Source of the DNA: the human T2T-CHM13v2.0 reference genome, Homo sapiens
Reading direction: 5' to 3' (one strand)
Length of the DNA: 64,000 nt
Assembly: GCF_009914755.1 (NCBI RefSeq)
Contig: NC_060928.1
Below are positions 1 to 64,000 of this stretch, piece by piece; position 1 is the stretch's first letter; each line of letters starts with the position of its first letter. The notes beneath the pieces are model-generated. The model ran no database searches, was not told the origin of the DNA, and saw only the letters and a list, made by a program, of their open reading frames with translations. The translations under genes were made by a program, and so were the position numbers.

Positions 1-726
1 ACTACTCTTATTGCTAATAACTAAGTTTTGGTCAAAAAGAAACAACAGAATAGGAATATATACTCTACAGAGATCTAGCAAACTTGCATCAAAACAGTAT
101 TGAGATACAAGGCTAATTCACTCCTGAGAGGAAATTATTGTTGTTATTGTCTTTTGAAATTAAAGGAATTTATTTATACAATATGAAGTATCACATTTAC
201 ATCATTTAAGCATCAATACAAGTTTTGTGACAAAATTACTATTTGTTTTGTGACATATTAATGCAATTTTAAGTCCATGGGTGGTTATATGTTGCACATA
301 CAGAAATAAAGTCTGTTTTCATACTGATTTGGTTGTTACAAAAATGCATATGAAGGTCTAAGGAAATTCTGGCTTACAGTTTAGTGAAACCAAAACCTCT
401 AATTTTCAGAAAGCTTCAATATAGTTGAGAAGTATGTAGAGTTGAATTTGAAAATTCACTTTACAAAAATATCCTTAGGAATATGTTGAACGAACTGACC
501 ACCACCAACACCTTCACACACAGACCAATTTGAACTGTCATTGTAATTGATGTTAAGAAGTGTGTGTTTGTGTAAATGCTTGAATTGCGAAGTAGATGAA
601 TTAACTTGATAAACATGTCAATTAAGTGTCATATTTATTGGTTTCAGAAGTTAATTGTGAATGATTAGCCTACTTTAAAAAACCTAGTGGAAATAAGAAA
701 GAGTAAATTCTAGTTCTGATTATGAC

Positions 727-864
727 ATTTATTCAATTTATTTAACTAGGATTTATCAAGGACTGACTTCAGGCATTTTAATGGGCACTGATACTAGTTA
801 TTATGTTGAGCAGGTCACTAACTGTTACTCCTCATCTGCAAAACAATGGTTAAAAATCTCTTTA
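727..864 (+). repeat. 138-bp direct duplication, copy 1
   Basis: 135/138 identical to 13882-14019. Confidence 0.95.
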
Positions 865-975
865 CTTACTTGTGAGATTGTTTCACAAATAAAATTTGAA
901 ATGAATGAAGATCCTTTGAGAGTACATGTGCTAGACAAGGAATTATTAATGGAACTATTAATAGATCCAGTTTCT

Positions 976-1266
976 GACCAGGTACCGTGGCTCACACCTG
1001 AAATTCCAGCTCTTTTGGAGGCCTAGATAGGAGGATCACTTGAGGCCAGGAGTTCAAGACCAGTCTGGGCAACATAGACTCCATCTCTACAAAAATAAAA
1101 AATTAGCTGGGCATGTTGGCACGTGCCTGTCGTACTAGCTATTCAGGAAGCTGGGGTGGGAGGATCTGCTTGAGCCCAGGAGTCAAGGCTACAGTGAGCT
1201 GTGATTATGCCACTACACTTATCCTGAGTAGCAAAGCAAGACTCTGTCTCAAAAAAAAAAAAAAAA
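976..1266 (+). mobile_element. AluJ
   Basis: Diverged Alu dimer, A-tail, TSD atccagtttc. Confidence 0.9.
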
Positions 1267-1747
1267 TCCAGTTTCCTCTTGCTATTTTACTCAAGAACTT
1301 ACTAAGAATATTTTACCAGTTATAAATTAAAATGCCAACCATTAATTAGAAGGAATTTTTTAATATATTAAGCACTGTCAAATTCAGGGAGTTGATTATG
1401 GTGTAACAAACAGAAAACCTAAATTGAAAAGTTCGGCTCTTTCCTGTACTAGCTGACTAAACTTGTGCAAATCATTTAACCTATTGAGGTTTATTTAATC
1501 ATTTGTAACTGAAATATACTTATTTCAAAAGAATAGCTTATGAAGAATAAATGTAATACGTAGTCATTTTATAAATTATAAATCACTATAAAAATATAAA
1601 ATGTTAACAGTATCAGTAAACTTAAAATATATGTTTAAGTGACTGAGCAATTAACACACTTTGTTAACATTTAAATTGTTAAAACAAGCTGACAGTCTTA
1701 ATGCCTGAGCATGTTATATTTATTTTTAAATTATAAATTCCCAATAG

Positions 1748-58044
<56,297 letters not shown>

Positions 58045-58419
58045 CATGAAAAGAGCCTCTGGATGCATTTCCATTTCTCTCCTTAACCTCCAGCAGACTC
58101 CTGCTCTCTATCCAAAATAAAGATCACAGAGCAGCAAGTTCATACAACATGCATGTTCTCCTCTATCTTAGAGGGGTATTCTTCTTGAAAATAAAAAATA
58201 TTGAAATGCTGTATTTTTACAGCTACTTTAACCTATGATAATTATTTACAAAATTTTAACACTAACCAAACAATGCAGATCTTAGGGATGATTAAAGGCA
58301 GCATTTGATGATAGCAGACATTGTTACAAGGACATGGTGAGTCTATTTTTAATGCACCAATCTTGTTTATAGCAAAAATGTTTTCCAATATTTTAATAAA
58401 GTAGTTATTTTATAGGGGA

Positions 58420-58510
58420 TACTTGAAACCAGTATTTAAGCTTTAAATGACAGTAATATTGGCATAGAAAAAAGTAGCAAATGTTTACTGTATCAATTTC
58501 TAATGTTTAC
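58420..58510 (+). promoter_or_regulatory. miRNA seed-match cluster (miR-26, miR-200bc/429, two miR-30)
   Basis: TACTTGAA 58420-27, CAGTATT 58430-36, TGTTTAC 58482-88 and 58504-10. Confidence 0.65.
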
Positions 58511-58618
58511 TATATAGAATTTCCTGTAATATATTTATATACTTTTTCATGAAAATGGAGTTATCAGTTATCTGTTTGTTACTGCATCATCTGTTTGTAA
58601 TCATTATCTCACTTTGTA

Positions 58619-58624
58619 AATAAA
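58619..58624 (+). terminator. Likely distal polyadenylation signal
   Basis: AATAAA with upstream TGTA motifs and downstream GT/T-rich tracts (~58655-58695). Confidence 0.7.
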
Positions 58625-59159
58625 AACACACCTTAAAACATGAACAAGCCAAAACTGTGTGCAGACAAATTAGACATTTTCAGTGTGTTATTTTTCAACA
58701 ACACCTAGGCCCCTGGGAAGACAAGGACCTCTAGACACCACTTTCCATCTCCCTAGTTGGCCTCAGTCATGACAGCCATGGAGAGTAGAGGTGTTGTCAG
58801 AGATCCTGATAGATCTTCACTAAATACTGATGTGGGGGTCATGTACTGGCTTAACAGTAGCTCAGAAATTCAGTCTTTCTTCCTTCTACCTCTTTGTGAA
58901 TGTTGCCCACTTATTGAGCCCAATTTATATATAAATCAGAATATTTTCAAGTCCTAGCCACAGTACTCAACTGACCAAGGGCTAATCAAAGAAAACATAT
59001 CAAACTACCTGGGGGGCGGGGGTATATTTGGTTCTGCAAACAGGAAGGAAAAGAGATTGACTTCAAAGCTGCTTTAGCTTAATGGTTCTCTGTTCTCAGT
59101 ACTAAATTCATTTCACTAAATTCTAATTCTAACAGTATTTCTCCATTCAGCCACGACAC

Positions 59160-59690
59160 TGTAACTGGATGGATGTTCTTGACCATGAGTTGTCCAGGTT
59201 CTTGGCATGTTGAACAAAGAATTGAACAAAATGCTCAGACAAAGCAGTGGAAGATTAAAGCATAGATGTTTTGAAGTGAAAGTACACTCCACAGAGTGGA
59301 AGTGGGCTTGAGCACATGGCTCAAGAGCCCTGATTATAATGTTCCTGGGCTTTTATTGAATTACAAGAGCATGGTAACACCCCTAAGTACCCTTTAGAGG
59401 CCTCTGATAGGTTACACCCTACACAAATGAAGAATTCAGCCCAGGACCAATCAGAGGCAGGATTCTGCCCAGAACCAATCAGAGGCATCCTGCCTGTGAT
59501 GTATAAGCAAATGAAAGTTTCAGAATGGACCAATTACAGACATACCCATTTGTGACATAGGGGAGGGGAGGTTCAGAGAGGCATGGGCATTTGGCCCCTC
59601 ATTACTTGGTCCTGGAAAGGTGGGGTTTTCCTCTTAGTCCAATTACAAGAAGGCCTTGGGCTTCCTGTCTCTAGACTCTTTTCTGCCTCA
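59160..59690. mobile_element. ERV1 solo LTR (MER51-like)
   Basis: TG...CA termini, 4-bp TSD acac on both sides, repeated accaatcagaggc. Confidence 0.75.
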
Positions 59691-61314
59691 ACACCATTCT
59701 AAGACCCAGGAAATTGCTTGGCTCATCCTCATAAGACTGCACCAGTTCTGAGCTAGTTGACTTGAATTTCCAAACTTAAGTGCAGCAATTTGCTGGGACC
59801 TATTCCCGAGAATCTGGGGCTATTTGAAGGCAGAAGACAGTATCAATAAACATAAAGCCCCACAGTAACTAGCTAAAGCCCCAGCAGATAAGAGGCTTGG
59901 GTCCTACCTCAGAATTGGCTCTGAATATGGCAAGAGAAGCTTTACCATTCCCACTTCAATCAGAAGAGTATTATAGATTGGGTTGTAGCCGGAGATTTCA
60001 TTTGAAAAAAAGGTTTCTATTGCTTTAAATGACATTTGGAAATCTCTTTTCTGAAAGAGTTGGAATCATGAGGCCTTGTTTTCCTGCACTGGCATGTGAA
60101 ACTAGGCCAGCAGAGCGCTGGGGGCCAGTACAGCTGGAGGTGATTAGCTCGCATCTGAAGTCAACATAGATGGGAGAGGGTGGAGCTGGAGGTTGCTTTT
60201 TCTGGAACGAATGTCACTAGGAAATGGAATGGGGGGAAGAAAATGCAGATTTAGCTTTATGACCTATGAATGGAAACTTCATGATGGTAAATATGTTACT
60301 GCCCTCAGCTGGGATCTGGCTGCACCAGCATGGAATGGTATGAGCCACTTGCAAGGGCCAGTCTGGTTAGAAAGCAAGGTGAGGCCACGCAGCTGGGGTG
60401 GCACATGGAAACACTCATCTCAAATTAATGAATAAGTACAATTCAGCTCTTAACACAGCTTGTATTAGCTAAGTGCTAGAAAATATAAACTGAAGATATG
60501 GAATGGCTTAAACGTAATAGTTTATTTCTAGTTTATCTAACAGTTCTGGAAAAGTGAACAGCTTGGCAATCAGATCTACTTGGCTCAGTTTTTAGCCCGG
60601 GCTGATGAAAGTACTGTAATCAACACATAGCTTCCAAGGTTGAGAATCGCCTCCATTCCCCACGAAGGATTGCCTATGGAGAGGTTTTACGAGCCAGGCT
60701 TACATGCAAAACACATTGCTGTCACTCATTCCATCAGCAAGAACTGGCCAAATGATTGCCAGTGACAACTCTATGCTATAGAAGGGGAAGCACATATTGT
60801 AGTAGAATATATTTACAAAACTGAACTCGTTATTATTCTAAAAGATTGAGTATCTTAGTGTAGTCCTGAGCATTGCAGAATTAGAAACAATTTTATCCCA
60901 AAATCAAAACTTCAGTGCATGTCATTAGTAGAGATAATTCTGAATTATTATGGCAAACAGGAAATAAACAGCTGTTGAGAAAAGATTCTTTTACATCAGT
61001 GGTCCCAGATAGCCTGCCAGATTTTTTGGTTTAAAAAGGACTAGTTATCTATATGTAATGTGATAATCCAATAAATTTAAAAAACAGCTTAATACACCTA
61101 TCTTCCAGATACAGACACCTTGATAATGATAGGCTTTCCATTTTACATAATTCAGAAATATTCATAATTCAGAAACATTGTAATGGTAGAGATAAATGTA
61201 ATAAATTATAGGCTGACCTGCATAATATTTTAAAGCCAATCGAAACTTTACTGTATCAATTTGGGATTATATTTGACTGCAAGTAAGCAAAAGCAACCAA
61301 ACAGGCCTACAAGT

Positions 61315-61758
61315 TGTAAATCAATAAGTATGTGAGACATGTCTCAATTTAGAAGTTTATTTTGCCAAGGTGAAGGACATGCCTGGAAGAAATGACATGG
61401 AATCACAGAAATAGTCTGTGGTCTGTGCCTTTCTCCAAAGATGAATTTGAGGGTTTCAATATTTAAAGGAGAAAAGTGAGCTGGAGGGGAAAGAAGAGGG
61501 GTATGGTCACATCACTGAACCCACATGTTGCAGGAGAAAAGGAGCAGATAGGGAAATAGTTATGTATTTATCTTGCACTCAGCACATAGATAAGGTGAAC
61601 GTAGAGTAACTACCTGTGGAGATATTTAACCTTTTATCTGTAGCTATCTGCTTAGGAACAAAAGGAAATGCAGTTTCTTGCATGACTCAGCTTTCAGCTT
61701 CATTTTTTTCCTTTTGGCGGAGTGAATTGGGGTCCCAAGTTTTTATTTTCCTTTCACA
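61315..61758. mobile_element. ERV1 solo LTR (MER4-like)
   Basis: tgtaaa...tttattttgccaagg...ttttattttcctttcaca; TG...CA termini. Confidence 0.75.
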
Positions 61759-62878
61759 AATTCTAGAGGGCTTAGAGTTTATTTTCTTTCCTTAAGAAAC
61801 CAAGCTCAGAAGGCAGTTGCTCAGAAGTAGGCAGTTAATTCTATAGCTCAAGAATGTCAACAGCGCTATAAATATCCTTGGCCTTTCCTTGGCCTGGAAG
61901 TGGCTGCCACAGCTCCAGCTATTATATCCACATTCCAGAAAAGAAACAAGAATTGGCAAGGAAAATGGGTCAAACAGTACTAGGGCAAGAAAGCAAAATT
62001 TCCCAGAAGTCAAGGGCAGACTTTTCCTTCTGTCTTAGCAAAATCTGTCAGATGCCCATCTCTAGCTTCAAGAAAGTTATTTTTAGCTAGATGTGTTGCT
62101 GTCTAGCTATGAACAATATCTTGATTCTGTTCATAAGGACAAAGACAGCAATTGATACTGGGTCCCAGCAAGTAGTGTGTGCCTTTCCAATTCTGCCTCA
62201 GTTTCCACCATTCCGTATAAGGTAGCGAACACTATGCCAATTTTTCAAGATCTTCATACATATTTAGAAGATTCTGAATTTGTAACTATTGAGGAGATTC
62301 ACTGATAGGAAGTATTTAAAAGTAGTCTTCAATTTTTACAGGTTTAGAGACATAGTTTTATTCACTCAACCAAACTATAACCATATTCCAAAGGTTGTGC
62401 TAAGCAAAACCTCAGGACACTGATAAACCATGTTGCTGATTTATTAGCTTACAAGGAAGCTATAGGTGGGTCTAACAGAATGAGGAAGGCTGGACATTCA
62501 GAAGGGGCTCCTCCTGCTGGGGAAAGTACATGTCAAGGCCAATGGGAAGGTTGCCTAGAGACCAACATGTCATTCATTAACTGGGTTAGGCTGAATGATC
62601 CTCGACGCAAAGGGTATTTCTGATTACACAAGAAAAAAGTAGGGGATGTAACAAGTATTGATCACTTATGGATTGGACCAGGTGTTTTCACCTTGCCTCG
62701 TTTTCAGGTTGTTCAGGATTGAATGTGTTATCAACCTTTTTTAGAGAGGAAACTAAACCCCAGAGGGATTGTCACTTGCCCAAAGTTGCCCAGATACCCA
62801 AGGTAAACGTTCAATTTCAGCTCTGACTGACTTCAACCAATAGCTGTGGAGGTCTCCTAGCTATTAAAGTAGAATGCA

Positions 62879-63186
<308 letters not shown>

Positions 63187-63713
63187 GTGGAATGCAGGCA
63201 GCCCTGACACAGCCTGTGTTCTCTCCACTGCACTCTGCTGCCACGACCATCCAGCTGCCTCTTTCCTCTTAGACATGGACTCATTCTGCTTAACATGATT
63301 TCTCTGGCCCCACTTCTGAGTTTCATATAGGTCCCAGCTTTTATTAACTCATGATTCTTTACATCAATTAGAATGCAACTTACTCAAATCGGACTTTTTT
63401 CCAGTTATATTTTTTGTTCTAAAGATAACGTGGCCTTCTGAACATCTTCACTATTTCAAGTTCTTGTCAGTAACATGTTTACAAACCATCTATGGAGATG
63501 GCCATCTTCTGATGTGTTGTTTCTATCTTAAAGGATGGCCTTTGGTATCCCTCATCCTTTTGGTGTCCCTCATCCTTGGAACGTCCTAACTGTTGTAAAT
63601 ACTGACCATATTGTTAAGCTTTCAGAACAGCATTAAATTTTACCATTTTGTTTTAGGTGTCTATGTGGAGAAACAATTTAGAAATTCATTTTTTGTGGAT
63701 TCTTTAAAACTCA

Positions 63714-64000
<287 letters not shown>

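Larger units (their letters stand above)
58045..58645 (+). other. PTPN13: PTPN13 3' UTR (end approximate)
   Basis: AT-rich sequence after the stop; AATAAA at 58116, 58190, 58395 and 58619. Confidence 0.8.

Overview
Human genomic DNA. It holds the 3' part of PTPN13 (FAP-1/PTP-BAS/PTPL1) on the + strand: 28 coding exons from 1748 to the TGA at 58042-58044, joining into one open frame that encodes PDZ1-PDZ5 and the tyrosine phosphatase domain (about residues 1075-2485 of the canonical isoform), then the 3' UTR (to ~58640) and ~5 kb of downstream DNA. Introns hold ~30 Alus (one AluYa5), an L1PA7-like element with a ~1 kb internal deletion, LTRs and DNA transposon remnants. Most notable: (1) a chimeric retro-insertion of an IGF2BP2-like 3' UTR fused to a truncated AluY inside one 16-bp target-site duplication (TSD), which brings let-7 sites and AATAAA in sense into the intron between PDZ5 and the phosphatase exons; (2) a 138-bp, 98%-identical intronic segment duplicated 13 kb apart; (3) a polyadenylated LTR12 3'-end fragment with TSD; (4) two GC-AG introns; (5) the VLFDK alternative donor in PDZ2; (6) the Asp2081 allele. 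I found no prokaryote-type system (CRISPR, operon). Gene and repeat names come from recognition, not database searches.
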